A stretch of 64,000 nucleotides of DNA. It comes from Polymyxa betae A26-41 (taxonomy: Eukaryota; Protista; Endomyxa: Phytomyxea). The notes under the pieces are model-generated. The model was not told where the DNA came from, did no database searches, and worked only from the letters and a program-made list of their open reading frames with translations. The stretch lies in the NCBI GenBank assembly GCA_003693705.1, contig RBZT01000672.1:1-64000 (forward strand), in the 5' to 3' direction. Positions within the stretch are counted from its first letter, which is position 1. Every line of letters begins with the position of its first letter. This document shows positions 25,301 through 38,900 of this stretch, piece after piece. Position numbers and translations under genes: made by a program.

Positions 25301-26878
25301 GTGAAGTAAGAAGTGGAGACAACGGCGATTTCACATGTCGTTAGACAGCGTGCTGTCTCTTGATGAGCACAGCTGGTCACAAATGACATTCCACCAAATA
25401 CAGATCCCGCACCAATTTCCTTCGAACCGTATCCGACCGCAGGCTCAGATCCTGCATAAATGAAGTTAGAGTCAATCATCCTCGAGTAGTTGCCCTAAAA
25501 CCTGTTAAGATAGGCCCAGTTTTGGCATCACTGATTGGAGGACGCGGGATTAGGCACATTCTTCCTTTTTTCAAAATGTAAATGTTCCGCCTGAACGTAG
25601 TTGAATGTTCGTAAAGCAGTTGTCCTGCTGCAAGCTCAATGGTCTCCAATTTCGATGCGATGGCTTGCAAGTCTGCCGCGTTCTGGGAGCCATCAACAAA
25701 ATAAGAACCAACTCGATCCTAACACAATTTTAATTAGCTCGAAACAGGTAGGTATGAATCTGTACCTGTTGACATTCCGCAGACCGTTCGGGAATTTGCA
25801 GGAAATCCCTCAAAGCAAAATGGGCAATATACCAGTTCCTTGCAATGGAAGTCCGAATAAATGCAAGGATCCAGGCAGAATGCGATTCGACAAGAGCCGA
25901 AAAGAATGCTCTGGATATATGGACAAGCTCCACTACAGTGGACGGTCAGTATCAGCATGGGATCGGGTAAAAAGACGTAACCTTTTGTATCGGCTTTGTA
26001 TGTTGCAAAACGAGTCGAGTTGCACAGCATACTGAGATCGCCAATCAAATCTCCATATCCACAGCGGTGAAAAGGAGTTTCGAGGTTTTCTCGATAAGCA
26101 GAAACAGAGCCTGCGTTTGGTCAGTCATGAAACACTTTTGAAAACGTCACTCGACCTTCCAGGACGATGAACATTCCTTTATCTCCCAGCGCATCGCCAC
26201 GATGAATTAACTGTTTTCAATCAGTTTTTGGGCTGAGAAAAAAGTGGTATAACATACCACTTCGCCACTGTCCAGATGCACCCACTCAATAAAAGTCTGA
26301 TACAGTTTGTGAAATTCCTCATATTCGATATGGCAAGATATTTGAGAGAACGCAGCGAACACGCGAGACTCTGGTGTCATCATCACAGATTTCATTACTT
26401 CGTGTACTTCCTGTGGACGACCAATCGTTTCCATCCGCTCAAAGCCATCCTCCTCATTAATGACCTGATCGCACATCATAAAAAGTTGCAAGTTTCAATT
26501 CAAAACCAATAATTACTTCTTGTACGTTCAATTTATTTAAGAAATCAACTGTAGCTGTAGTGATTTCCACATTGCCTGCCGTTCGTCTTGGCTTTAAAGC
26601 CTTTTGAACCCAGTATTTAACCACAATGTAAAACATTGCTGATGACACTAATACTAAAACAAGGACAATCTGGCCCCATTTCAATTCTAACTGTAGATTG
26701 ATATCGAAAGTTGCTGAAGTCCACTTCGCAACCGACCTCCGCCTAAGTTCCGTTAACCCAACCCAAACGCCAATGCCCTTAGTGGCTACCAGTAAAGCAT
26801 AGGCGTGGCTGATGCCAGCATGACAGCGACCACTGCAGCCGCCCACGTCGGCCGATTTGTGACCGTTGAAAGCGACAT
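22348..26878 (-). CDS. NTE1: Neuropathy target esterase / lysophospholipase (cNMP-binding domains + patatin)
   Basis: N-terminal TM segments and cNMP domains ([14 protein letters not shown]). Patatin motifs [13 protein letters not shown] and spliced DGGYVDNLP. Confidence 0.92.
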
Positions 26879-27093
26879 GACTAAAGCGTTAATGACGATC
26901 AGAGCTGACTAAGAGCCCGGTAACACAGACTGTCATCAAGTCTCATGACGCACTTGTCTAATCTTGATCAAAGAATGCTCCATAGCCAAGGTGCAATGTC
27001 AACATTGCAGTACATAGCAGATCCAGAATTATGTTTTTACATCGATCAATCTATATGAATCAACTGTTCAGACGATTATTCTATAATATTTTA

Positions 27094-30002
27094 TTAAGGT
27101 AGATCTGAGAATTGAGATTGTCGGGCTTTGCTTTGGGCATTTTTAAAGTTTCGGTAGACAGACCTGATGGCCTGATAGTCTTCTGTAGAATAAGATCCTG
27201 AATGCGAATTGATATATCCTTCAAGATCGGATTCTTTCAGCAATTCCCAAAACTGCCGAGCAGGCTCTAAGCTGACTTTCTGGTTTGGTAATAAACCTGC
27301 TAGATTTTGCTGCAATGCGAAAACTACGACATACATCAGTTTGAAAATGAAAGCAACATCACCACTGCTTACTATTCCTAAGAATACGAGATTGCCCTTG
27401 CCTGTTGATAAGCTTGTCCTTCATTGCAGCAGCATTACGAATCAAGATTAAATTGACAAGATACGGCAATGTGCCCAACAGATGTTCAATTGATGATGCC
27501 TTAGGCACCAAGATAGGAGAAAGCGACTCCTCAGCTGTTACGAGACCTTTGTTTAAATCAATCACGAACTTTTCAGCTTCAGATGAATCATCTCGGGATA
27601 TATAATCGCTCGAGATCATGCCGCTCAAAAAATAGAAACAGTGACAGTGAATCTCAATCCGGAGAAGAAAGCGACATTTTTCTGATAAATTTTTGAAACC
27701 ATTCTCAATATGATCTAGCAATTTAAACACATTTTTGGTCAGTTCTTGAAGACGGTTTAAAATCCATAAGAGCGATTCACTAAGCAGTGCGATCATGACC
27801 CATTGTTTAGCATCAAGGAGAAGCTGGCCCTGATCTAATCGATCCAAATGGTTCAACAACCGATGATAAATCGGTTTTTCCATTCCAAAAAATTCTCCTT
27901 GGCTGATGCCGCTGTTTCGGTTATAGAGTGGATCACGCCGCAGGATCTCAATAATATTGATATCGGAAACTAGCGAAGCTGAATAGGCCCCGAAAGAGAT
28001 TTCTTGAAGCTTCAAGCGATAATGTTCCAAGAACCGTGACATGATTGAAATTACAATTTCTTGGAGAGCATTCTTATCGTAAGGCAGGAGAGCGTAATCA
28101 CCCTATTGTTGGCAGATCAATATAGCTGCTTGCATAAAGACCAAAAGAATCGCTTACCATGATTCGTTCGACAACCTCAGAGACTTCCACAGCGCTGACG
28201 GATACCCATCCATGAGTAGTACGTTTACTGTCATGGACATTGAATGCATAGGAATCAGCAAATACGCTATCGACTTTAATGTTGGAATCAGCTCGGACAC
28301 GGGGGATGAACGAGGTATTAACATATTGCAGAAGAAGGCTCTGCAAGATGTCACCTTGATATTTACGTTGAACGACACCCAACAAGGCGGCGTGATCTAT
28401 AAATTCCATGACAGGCCGGTAGATCGCTAGAATGTTTTCAGGATGGGCCGGTATCCACGTCTGTGATGATGTTTCTTGCTCATCGGATATGGCCGCAGCA
28501 GATTCTGTCGGATCGTTTAGGCGAACGGTAGTGACGCAGCTGTCAGCGAAAGAGAACGACAGCTGGGTTGATGCCGTCTGCCACGATGGGAGATTAACTG
28601 GCGAATCTTGGCGAATGTTGGACATGACCGTCCTTCCTGATGATTGTAAGCAGGACAGTACTGTGCTCCATATTTCATTCTGCATCTCAAACCACACTCG
28701 AACGATGCCATACGCCTCATCAGATACAGGTGCATCTTCCAGTTCTGAGAGGAGGCGGCAAATAGTGATGTGTGTCGGCAGGATGTCTTTGAAAACTGTA
28801 AAGATACGGCTTAGGAGCTCAGTAATAATGTCGTATGCCCAGGTAGAGCCTTGGCGATGCGTCATTTGAGGGCGGGGCGTTTGGGAGTATTTATCCTTCA
28901 ACGCATTGGTCTCAGTTTCAATGATGGATCTCAGCGCAGGACGAATTCGTTTTAAAAGCGTTGTTCGGGCTGCTGGTAAACGCTGAAGCCGATGCAGAGC
29001 ATGTATCAGGAGCGTGATATAGGACTTGTGGTCCCGATATGGACATTGAATATATTTGATAGATGCCTCCTCCAACAGCAGCTGATGCATAACCGCATCG
29101 ATGTCTGCAGAACGCTTGCTTAAATCTATATCAAGGCTGCTTTTAGGAGCTGATTCAGAGCCAGACTCAGAATCAAGCAGGTGGTCTTCAGAAGGATACG
29201 TTCGCAACATTCCTTGTGTTTGAAAGGAATAGATCTGAGTGTCAATCTGTTCGAGAAGATCAGTTGAAAGATGGTTGCGAGTCTCCAAAAGGCGATCATG
29301 GATGTCCTTTAAGCCAGCGATATCCTTCAAATCATCTTCGAATAAAGCAACCACAGCACGATTAAGAAGTACAACGGAATGAAGGTATTGGCATCGGTCG
29401 AGGTATTTTTGCACTAAAGACGGGATGGATGCCATTTCTATCACTCGATCCATGATCTTAACTGCATATTGCAACTTCAAATTCTCTGTGTGCAGGGCAT
29501 ATAAACGCTTTTGAGTTCGATTCTGGATCAAGCGGCGCGCTTCAGCGGTGCCCTCCTCAACTTTAACGCAGTGCTTTTGGCATGCAGTAAACGAGCCCAG
29601 AATCGTTGTGAACGTATTTGTAGACGTGTTGAATCCTGATAGCCGCTTAATAAAAATATATCGTTTGTAAAATCTCTGATACCTTTGTGGTACTTATTAA
29701 CAAGGGCATCCTGAGCCGAAAATCAGCAGGATATAGTAAAAATCAACGATTTTTGGTACTTACGACTGCATCCTCAACAATGTCAAGCCAACTGTTCAAT
29801 TCCTATAGCATCTATTGAATTACATATAACCGACTATTTTGTATTTTCGTACTCTAGGATCCCAATCGAGGTACTTGAACGGGCTAAATGCATTCGCATC
29901 AAATACGTCACTAGGGATGCGCGCTTTGGCAAGCTGGGCCAATACGTCATTGACCTCGACATAATCAGCCGAGTTCTGGCTAGCCAAGGATCTGCTGGAC
30001 AT
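27094..30002 (-). CDS. SEC8: Exocyst complex component Sec8/EXOC4
   Basis: N-terminal LVNKYHK-GFN..T..F..IL coiled-coil; C-terminal LRIEIHCHCFYFL and ALQQNL motifs. Confidence 0.85.
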
Positions 30003-30234
30003 TGCGGTCGCCTTCTAAGTCTCTTCGAATATGGAAGTGATAGGCCAGCCTAGTGATCATTGAACGATCTTTCAAGGACAAGGTTGCGCGTTGTTCAGAC
30101 TGAAACGTGATCTGTCTTTTTGTTATATTGAGATCGCATAGGATAAGACGCAATTGACACTATGATCAAACGTATTGCCTTTATTATATATAGTTGAATT
30201 AAGCTTGCCAAGCAGGCTACTAAATGACTGCTGG

Positions 30235-31797
30235 TTACCTATCAGTTCTAGATGAACGAACTGACGAATAATGCAATCCGAACTTATGCCGCATATGCTT
30301 CAATAGTTTTATATCGTCTCGTTCCAAGAGAATGCCTGACGAGAGTTTTTCTAAAGAATTCAGTACAACGTTTTCATGCATTCCGCATCGCTGACCTCGT
30401 TCTTGAGTTAGGAACGACCGTCCTGGCGTCTCCGGTATTCGACTGCACAGCATCGTCGCCATAACACGAGTCTTTCGCTCTTCAAAGAACTGAGCCAAGG
30501 CGGCACGAGGCAGCGGCTCATGACGAGGGTAGACCCGACACCATTGACCGCGACGCTCGTATTCACCGTCTGTATCCACGATTACCGATCGTTTCGTCGG
30601 CGTAGCGGAGGACGATCGAATTGTCGATGTCACTCCGACCAGAGAGAAAAGATCAGACAGCATTGCTGTCTTCACTTCCGTATCTAGTTTCGACGATCCT
30701 GTTAATGTTGGGCTGCGGTTTACCTCCAGCAGCCATGGATGCAATTTTCTATCCAGCAGCACTAAACCGAACTGTTTAGAATTTTAATATGACAATGTTA
30801 TGTAACATACCATCAAAACCGAATAATTCGAAAAGCTGTCCGACTCGATTGGGTGGGACGTGATGCTGAATTGCTGTTGTTAGCGAAGCATGGCCACAGA
30901 TTATAGTTTTGGCTATCAGAGTTTCAATTGCAGCTTTCACTCTCTCTGATCGTTCAGGCCCTAAATGCTCCCAAAGTCGTGATAGTCGACGCTTATGGCC
31001 GTCCTCGCTAACGTCGTCATATTGGGGATGATGACGATTGATAGCGACGTTAGTCAGATGAATGAAGCGATTCGATAGCTGATCAGGATCGATGGTATAA
31101 GGTTCTGTAGCGAATCGCATTAATCCTTGTTCATGCCAGTAAATACGTAATGGATTAACACAAGCCACGACAACATAGAGACGTAGGTCGAATTTACGAC
31201 CTTCAATCAGATACGGTCGAATATATCGCGAGACAATCGCATTGCTCTTCAACAAGGGTTTCTTTCTGGAGCGAATAACGCGAATATCGGTTCCCTTTGA
31301 AGCCATCAGCTGATGTATGTGAACAAAGATCTCGTTTGTACCTGAGAGCCTGCTGCTGGTTTAACAATCCACAGGCTATCAGGCTTTACAGCCATCGCTT
31401 CCTGAAGCGCTTCACATTCTGAAGGCAGAAGGAACGTTTTTGGCACCAACGAGCCAAAATGAGCGCTTCCATATCGTTTAACCATGCGTCTGATATTAAT
31501 GACCAGAGCGTCTTTTCTAGTAAGCGTCTGTGATGCAGGAAGGCGATTGACGAGCTGATGGACAGCCAGCTGTTTGTAAACGTTCAGGGGAACGCCTCTT
31601 GGACTCCAGAGGACTCGCCATGAGACACGCCCTTCAGTACAATGCAGGCCTAGATCTGATAGAATCTGTTTAACCAAGCCGGACCCACGTCCCAGCACCA
31701 GACAGCGACGGGATTGTGAGACACTTTGATCAGCAGAGCTGGAACTAATCTCAAAATCCGACCGATCTGATTCCGATTCCCCTTCTATTGGAACCAT
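30235..31797 (-). CDS. Tubulin-tyrosine-ligase-like protein (TTLL4/5-type polyglutamylase)
   Basis: LTRKD, WIVKP, KFDLRLYV, GLMRFAT, HLTN, FELFGFD, PWLLEVN.SP. Confidence 0.93.
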
Positions 31798-32057
31798 GGT
31801 TCAAATGCAATTACCGGATTCGAACAGGATCGTTTTGCCCTACACGAATTTCATCTCGAAAATCTTCCTGAAACTGCACCTGTCTACAAGCACTCCAGGT
31901 CATATCCTCAAATTAAATGAAAGGCAAATGTTAATCCAGGTTGATTAAAGTGTCGTTCTGTTGCATTCTGCTTGGATAGAAACTGTCACAGAAAATCTGA
32001 GACGGATGACCACGTCGGATCGGACTTAATCGCTCATTCATCAGGTAGACCTTAACA

Positions 32058-32319
32058 ATGTTCCAAGCCCAAGGACAAGTTCAGACTGGACCATTCGGTT
32101 CACTGCCCTGGGCGGCTGCTAGATACGCTCGCAAAGCTGTCAGACTGGCACCATGGGCGCTTCCCGGTTTTCTTCTTGGTGTTTGGATGGTAGAGCCTGC
32201 CGTTTCTCAAGAAACCCGCTATCGGTAGGTTGATGTTGGGATTGTTTAATGAGGTCTCATCAAAAGGTTTTAGACTTTGGACCTTGGGACTGTATGGAGG
32301 ACCTAAGACGGAAGAATAA
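32058..32319 (+). CDS. Small single-TM protein, possibly cytochrome bc1 subunit QCR10-like
   Basis: MFQAQG...RLAPWALPGFLLGVWMVEPA...; GT-AG intron 32225-32273; about 70 aa; absent from the ORF track. Confidence 0.45.
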
Positions 32320-32555
32320 AAGAGCCATGGAGCCCCCCGGCGAGCTGTCGATCGATGATCAACAATAAAAATATTGATTATCCATTTCTGTGGTTTCATT
32401 TCATAATTTTAGCTGTTTGTATAATGTATTTTTTATGCAAAGCATTGATTCGTTGTAGAAATTGTACAGGTTGGGAATATTCTTACCTCGTTTGAATCGC
32501 CATACGGAGTTCGGTCTAGGGTGTTAGTTGTCATTGTTATTGTTATAATAGAGCT

Positions 32556-33101
32556 ATGACAAACTCATCTACTCAGACCATCGATCAGACTGTTAAATTT
32601 CGTGCCCGGCCTCAAGATCTTTATGAGGTTTCTGATGTGTCATCTATTGGTATTGAAAGTGCTGACTGTTCCATAGGTTCTAACGTCAGAGAAAGTCATC
32701 ACTGGTATGACCCAGGCTAAGACCGTATTGCAGCCGAAAGAAGGTGGGTCGTTTAGCTACTTCGATGGGCAAATCACAGGGACTTTCAAGGAACTCGTTC
32801 CTAATGAGAAGATGAGGTTTTCTTGGAGGATGAAAGAATGGGAGGACGGCATCTTCTCTGATGTTGTTATTAAGCTACATTCTGATGAATACGGTGTCAC
32901 CACTCTGGAGCTTCACCAAACGTCTGTCGCTTCGTTCTGTCGATTCATCAAAACCATTGTTTTCTGATATCTTGCTGTAGAGGCATTCCCCAGGCTGATA
33001 AGTTCGGTCATCACAGCATCGCACCCAAAGTCGCTGAAGGATGGGAGCAACACTTTTGGGATCGAATCAAGAAATATTGTGGATTCGAGCACCGGGACTA
33101 A
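32556..33101 (+). CDS. AHSA1/Aha1 C-terminal START-like domain protein (stand-alone)
   Basis: FRARPQDLYE, GGSFSYFDGQITG, WRMKEW, LELHQ, GWEQHFW; 3 exons. Confidence 0.85.
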
Positions 33102-33457
33102 ACCGTCTCAACTTTATGCCGCAAATAAAAACCTTAGAAAACCAGTTCGACACTCTTCTCATCATCTGCGTTCCCGATCGGCCACATCCACATCCCTCTC
33201 TCTCTTATCGTCTCATCCTAATCACCCAGCCATGCTTCAACAGACCCACCAGCCACCAGTGTGGAAACATGACTTGCCTGCCTGTCGTACGGGTCCCCAC
33301 ATTCGTTACCTTTGAAGTCCTGTGTATGAGTGAGACGAGTCCCCCCATCTCATTGATCCAAGATTGATGACCCTCAGTTGATCGCATTCGTTAAGATAGA
33401 GAGCGGGTGCCCCTTGAGACCCCCCATTAACGTCTACGCAGGCATTGATCCCCGACC

Positions 33458-34226
33458 ATGAAGTATGCCGTCGGGTCATTCCAGAATGCCATCGTCGATC
33501 TGTCCAGGCAGCTGGCGCATACCCAGCTGCAATGCGACCAGGCCGAGAAGCACAACGCTGGACAGCATGCGCTGTCGAAGGAAGCGCGACAGTCTGCTGT
33601 TCTAGCCAAGTGTTTGGTGGAGTCGGAGACAGAGCTGGCTCGCTGCCAGGCCGAACTAGCTCAAGTGAAATCGCTGTTAAAGCAGTACGCCAGTTGCTTC
33701 CAGAAAAATGCCGGCGTTAATCAGAAAGAGGAGGACTGGAATTCTGACGGTGAGAACGCGTTAAGGCTATCAGGGATGTTCGAGAAGGGTTTACATGGCG
33801 ATGGCGAAGCCTCAGATGAATGGATTAGCGCAGATGAGGCTCTTGAGAGTATAAAAAGTACCTCAGATAATGAATTATTTGAGGTATGTTGCTCTAAATG
33901 TTCAATGAAGATGCGCGAAATGATAACAGACTATGCAGAATGATGTGCAGAATGCAGATGAGCTAGGTGAAGAAATGACGCCATGTCTTTTAGAGGGTGG
34001 CGATTTTGACGAGGTCACCGAGATACACGACCCATTTGGAGACAACGCTCTCTATGAAACATATGTAAACGATGACTGGCTGGTAAAGCACAATCAGAAT
34101 TTATTCCAGCAATCTTACAGATTTCAGGGACGACGATCATCGTGTGCATTGTCTTTCCACGACCTGGATGAAAAAATAACTGTTCGCAAGTCAAAACTGC
34201 GATCTTTGTTTCGCTTGAAGTTTTAG
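33458..34226 (+). CDS. Hypothetical coiled-coil protein
   Basis: Two ORFs joined by a GT-AG intron near 33884-33938; heptad-like N-terminus. Confidence 0.6.
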
Positions 34227-34283
34227 CTTTCAGGTTGCCCAATATTTGGTTTAAAATTAGCTATCTATAAACAAACGTATTAT

Positions 34284-34934
34284 TTATTCACAGGAACTGT
34301 CGTCAGAATCCGAGTGAAGGAAGAAATCGTCGTGAGTGTCAACATCATGGTTTTCGTGATCAGAATCATACGGGACGTCTTCCTGATCATCTTTTTTCTT
34401 TTCAGCAAGTTTCTGTAAGATTCTCTCCCGAATGCGCTGGATTTTCTTATCAGCCTTCGGGTCTTGTTGATCAGATTTAACAAACAGCGAGATGTACTTC
34501 TTGTTAATTGGGAAATGTTTCACATAATATACATCATTTTGGGCTTGTTCAACTTTTTCCTCAAGGTGTTTCCTGGTATCATCATCAGCTGTTTCCGACA
34601 ACGTCGCCAGAGACTTCCTCGCTTTGTCCAATTTGCGTTCAGCTTTTCTTCTTTCAAAGAACCTAATTGCTGATGTTTTCTTATGCCTTTGGCGATATTT
34701 CTCCAATCGCTGTGCCCTTTGTATGCGGGCTTCAAGCTCAGCCATTTGCTGCTCTTTCGCTTTACGAACTTCCTCAGGCAGATCCTTTTTGTTCAACAAT
34801 CTTTTCAGGCTGCGAATCTGGTTTTTGAACGAAACGCGCTTGGGCGCTGTTTCGCCATTGGACTTATCAATCTGTTTTTTAGGCCTATGTTTATCTTTCG
34901 AGTGTCGGTTGTTGCTCTTGAATCCAGGCGCCAT
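34284..34934 (-). CDS. EFG1: rRNA-processing protein Efg1
   Basis: KNQIRSLKRLL, IRFFERRKAERKL, YYVKHFP..KKYISLF, acidic tail ending DDFF. Confidence 0.92.
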   Translation of the reverse strand: MAPGFKSNNRHSKDKHRPKKQIDKSNGETAPKRVSFKNQIRSLKRLLNKKDLPEEVRKAKEQQMAELEARIQRAQRLEKYRQRHKKTSAIRFFERRKAERKLDKARKSLATLSETADDDTRKHLEEKVEQAQNDVYYVKHFPINKKYISLFVKSDQQDPKADKKIQRIRERILQKLAEKKKDDQEDVPYDSDHENHDVDTHDDFFLHSDSDDSSCE

Positions 34935-35028
34935 GAATTTGAAAAAATTGATAGGAAAGCTCTAGCGATCAATCAAGGGCTAGTACCATGAATGTCCGCC
35001 ACGGCGTTTCCCGTATCAAAGTTTAGCA

Positions 35029-35918
35029 ATGTCAGAATCTGACAATGATGCCAGCGTGCAGGAACACGCTGACCTCGTGCAGCAAGATGCAGAATGTGTG
35101 GCTAACTCGAATGAATCTGATCCAGATTACTGGAAAAAGTTCGAAGAGCGTGCTAAGAAGCGTGGAGTTGTGTATTTCAGTCGTATCCCGCCCTTTATGA
35201 CGCCGCACAAACTTCGAAGAATGTTCGAGCAATTTGGGGAAATCGGTCGCATATATTTAACACCAGAAGATGCCGCTGTGGCTCGCCGCCGAAAGAAATT
35301 TAAAAGTTTGGGGAACTTAATTTACGATTTTGATTGGTGCTAAAATCTGTCCCTTAGAAAATACCAGAAAGAATTATATTGACGGCTGGATGGAATTCTC
35401 CAAAAAGAGCGTCGCCAAGCGCGTGGCAGAATCATTGAATAATACCCCGATTGGAGGAAAAAAGAGGTCTAAATATGCTGAGGACATCTGGAATATTCGC
35501 TATTTGAAGGGTTTCAAATGGCATCACTTGACAGAAAAGCAAGGTAACTTTCAGATGCGGCTTGAAAAGATCAGCTTCGGTGTTTAAATGCTGTAATAGC
35601 GCTGGAGAATGCTGTGCGTTCTCAGAAGATCAGAAATGAGGTCGCCGCTGCCCGTAAGGAGCACGATTTCATTGCCGAAAAGATTCAGCAAGCGAAAGTC
35701 ATTGCTAATATCGAGAAGCGGAAGGCACAGGTATGGCACTGTTATAATCACTCAAAACTCTCAAACTGGTTTGTTTTCAGAAACGGCAGCGCGACGAGAC
35801 TGATGAGGTTGGAGCTCCTGCTGTGTTGCGAACGTTTAAACAGAGTACGTATATCGTATTGTTTGCTATCTTTACTGAAAATGTTGCAGAGAAGCCAGTT
35901 ATAACAAGTCAGATCTAG
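35029..35918 (+). CDS. ESF2: Pre-rRNA processing protein Esf2/ABT1
   Basis: GVVYFSRIPPFM, GRIYLTPED, GWMEF, IGGKKRS, WNIRYL.GFKWHHLTE. Confidence 0.95.
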
Positions 35919-35963
35919 TTGTCTCTATATCAGAACCGAAGATCGTAATAATATATTTATTTT

Positions 35964-38900
35964 CTAGCCTAATTTGAAGTCGTCTTCATACTTTGAGGTA
36001 TTCAATGATGTCTGCCTCGAGATTGATATTGAAGCCTGCCTCGAGATCGATATTGAAGCCTGCCTCGAGATCGTTGGAGTCGCCCCTTGCCCTGCAGATT
36101 GTGACTTACGTTGACCTCCTTCGAATTCGAGCTGGGCCACTGGTGGAACAGTGGGCACCAAAGGCGTAACGAGATCTCCTCCTCTCAGTGATTCATTTCT
36201 CATTAGCTTGCCTCGTCTTAACATGTTGGCTTCGCTTGCCTGACGCACTGCTTGGGCTAGGAGACGGGCACGGCAGTCCTCCTCACCCATTCGGCTGCCT
36301 TCCATCATTCGAGTCATTTCATTCAGTTCACGAGCCATTAGCGTCGAACCCTGGCTCAAATCTTCGATAAAACGTGTTGTTCGTCGGGAAAGGTCTTCAG
36401 CAACGTTGCGAGATTTAGCCACTTCCTCTTGCAGCCGAATGGATAAAGTATCGACGGCATCATACAGCTGTTGTTTTTCGCTCGCTGACTCTGTCGCCAG
36501 ACGTCGCAACTCGTTCTGCGTTGTTCGAAGTTTAGAACGCAACTCGTCAACAACAGCATCTGATGCGCCTCGATGCTCTTCAAATTTCTCGAAACACAAT
36601 TGCAGTTTTGCGCGGTGCCGATCTTCCAAAGCATGTAGGCGTTCCTCTGCTTGATCACGTTCTTGTGTTAGTAGATCAGCGAGGCGTGTCTCATATTCAG
36701 TTCGTAGTTTCGAAGAAAGGCTATCGTATTTTTCCTGCATGCGCTCAAGTTTAGCCTTCCATGTGTTGGCCGTATCAATGACTTTCTCTCGCATTGCTGC
36801 CAGCCTTCGCTGCATCATCGCCAATTGCTCGTCTGACATATCCGGGCGCTGGTAGGTTCCAATTCCCATAGGGCGTTGTACATCAGCAGTGGGAATATTG
36901 TCCTCATTGCCTTCCGCTCTAATGCGATTGATGCGCGATGCGGTCAGGCGAGGGAATTCTTCGATGTTAACTGGAATTGGCAGTATTCCGGAATTACGAG
37001 ATGCTTTCACTAAATCATCAATCTCAATGCGTCTCCCGATAGCAAGCTTGCCAGCGTTCCTATAACCAGTTTAGCTATTGTCAAAACATCACTCTGATTC
37101 AATCTCCTACCTGTAAATTTGTAATAAACGGAGTTGTGAATCGGCAGCGCTTTGATCAACAGTTCGAAGCATTACTTCGAAGTCAGTTAGAGTTGGGGCG
37201 CCCTCTTCATCTTTGCCAAAGCTTGTTCTATATGAGTCTGACAGTGACGTTGTCAGACGTTGATCTTCATTCCGTAACAGATCCCAGATTGTCTCCAGAC
37301 AGTCATCAAGATCCATAAATCGTTCGATGCCTTTGTATGCGGCCCTTGATGCTCCTGTAAACTGCCTCGCTGTACTTAATGTCTTTGATCGTGCCTGGAT
37401 TTTCTGTAATGCGGAACTGAGCTCGGCTTCAGGCAGATCTCGGAAAAGCCGCTTTAAAACTTCAACAGCTCCCGGGACATCAATCCAACATATGCCTTCA
37501 CTGTTGTCTACAGCAGTCTCAAATGGACCGCATGCGTAAAACCGCAAGCCTTCATGGGCGATCAAAGCCGCTTCTGTCACCCGGGACATGTCATCACTGA
37601 GGTATCTCGAGAACAGACGCGCTCGAGCGCTGTCTGGGCGATACGAGACGAGATTGTGATACAGATCGAGCAGATCCAGTTCGACGCTGCAATTCATGAG
37701 AATTATCACATTAGTTGGAATTCAAGCCTAACCTTTCTCTTTGACAATGTTGTGATAGATAATAATCGTAGACCATTTCTGCAAATGATAGACGAGGTGT
37801 CGAAGTTTGAACTGAATACACATCGTAGTCGAATCTCGCCAAAGTAATGTTCCCGAGCCACCGATGGAATTTCTGTAATGAAATGTTCTGTTGAAAATAC
37901 GTTTGATAGGTCTGAACGAGAGGATTAGCCACCATGTAAGATAGCAGACATTACTGACCTCTGGAGGACATTGAAACAATCGCCGAAGTTCAATCGGCAA
38001 GGCAGCCAAGTTTTGGTTAGTTCGATCTGGAAGAGGTTTTTCGGCAGTGTTTTCAGAAGACTCCTTAGAGATTTCAGCGATTTCGGTGAGATTGTTGGCG
38101 ATATTTCCAAGATCTGATGTTTTACGACGCGATTGCCGACCTCGAATTAGACTTTGAATTCGAGTGGCAGCGCGCTGAACGACCTCGTTGCCTTTGATAG
38201 ATGCCTCTGGATCCGATTTTTGGGTTTCATTCTCATGTACGACCGAGTCCATTTCAGAGGATGATCCCAGAGTAGCTCCGTTCAGCTTAGTATGGGCAGG
38301 CAATTCGCCGCCGAAGCGTTCATTTGCAAAGCGCAGGTCCAGACGTAAATCGGCAATGGCAAGATTGGCGGCATTTAAAGACGCTTTCGCGGTGTTGAGC
38401 TGCTGCTGAGACTCGTTGAATCTAACAGAAAGATCATCTAGCGCACATTGCAATTGAAAAGTCGTCTGTTCTTGTCGATGAATGACGTCGTCTCTTTGCT
38501 TGACGTTCTCGTCCATTTGATGCTGCAGATCGGTCAGCATTTCATTGCGTTCTAAGACGTGTTTTCGAAGTTCTTCGCATTCATTCCAGATCTCAAGGCG
38601 TTCATCAGTATAACGCTGCAGTTCCGATCGCTGATTATCAACAAGCGCCATAATGCGTTCTCTGTACATGTTCTGAGCAGCGTAAACAGCCTGCTGCTCA
38701 TGACGATCAGCGATCGAGCAACGAAACCGTCTGTCGCGATCGATAAGGTCTGCCAACAGAATGCCTCTCTCGGCCATTTGTCGACCGACTTGACGGATCA
38801 GGTCGTCAATGGCGGTGGCGACCACTTGGACAACGTATTCGTCATCGGCCGCAGCTTCCAGTTTCTGCCTCAACCACGACGATAGAGATTCGACTTCGTC

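Noticed and set aside
26870-26960. TCATGAC-like palindromes upstream of NTE1 (also near 59510-59560 upstream of NPRL3)
   Set aside because: Short, only two loci, and partly overlapping start codons; not distinguishable from chance.
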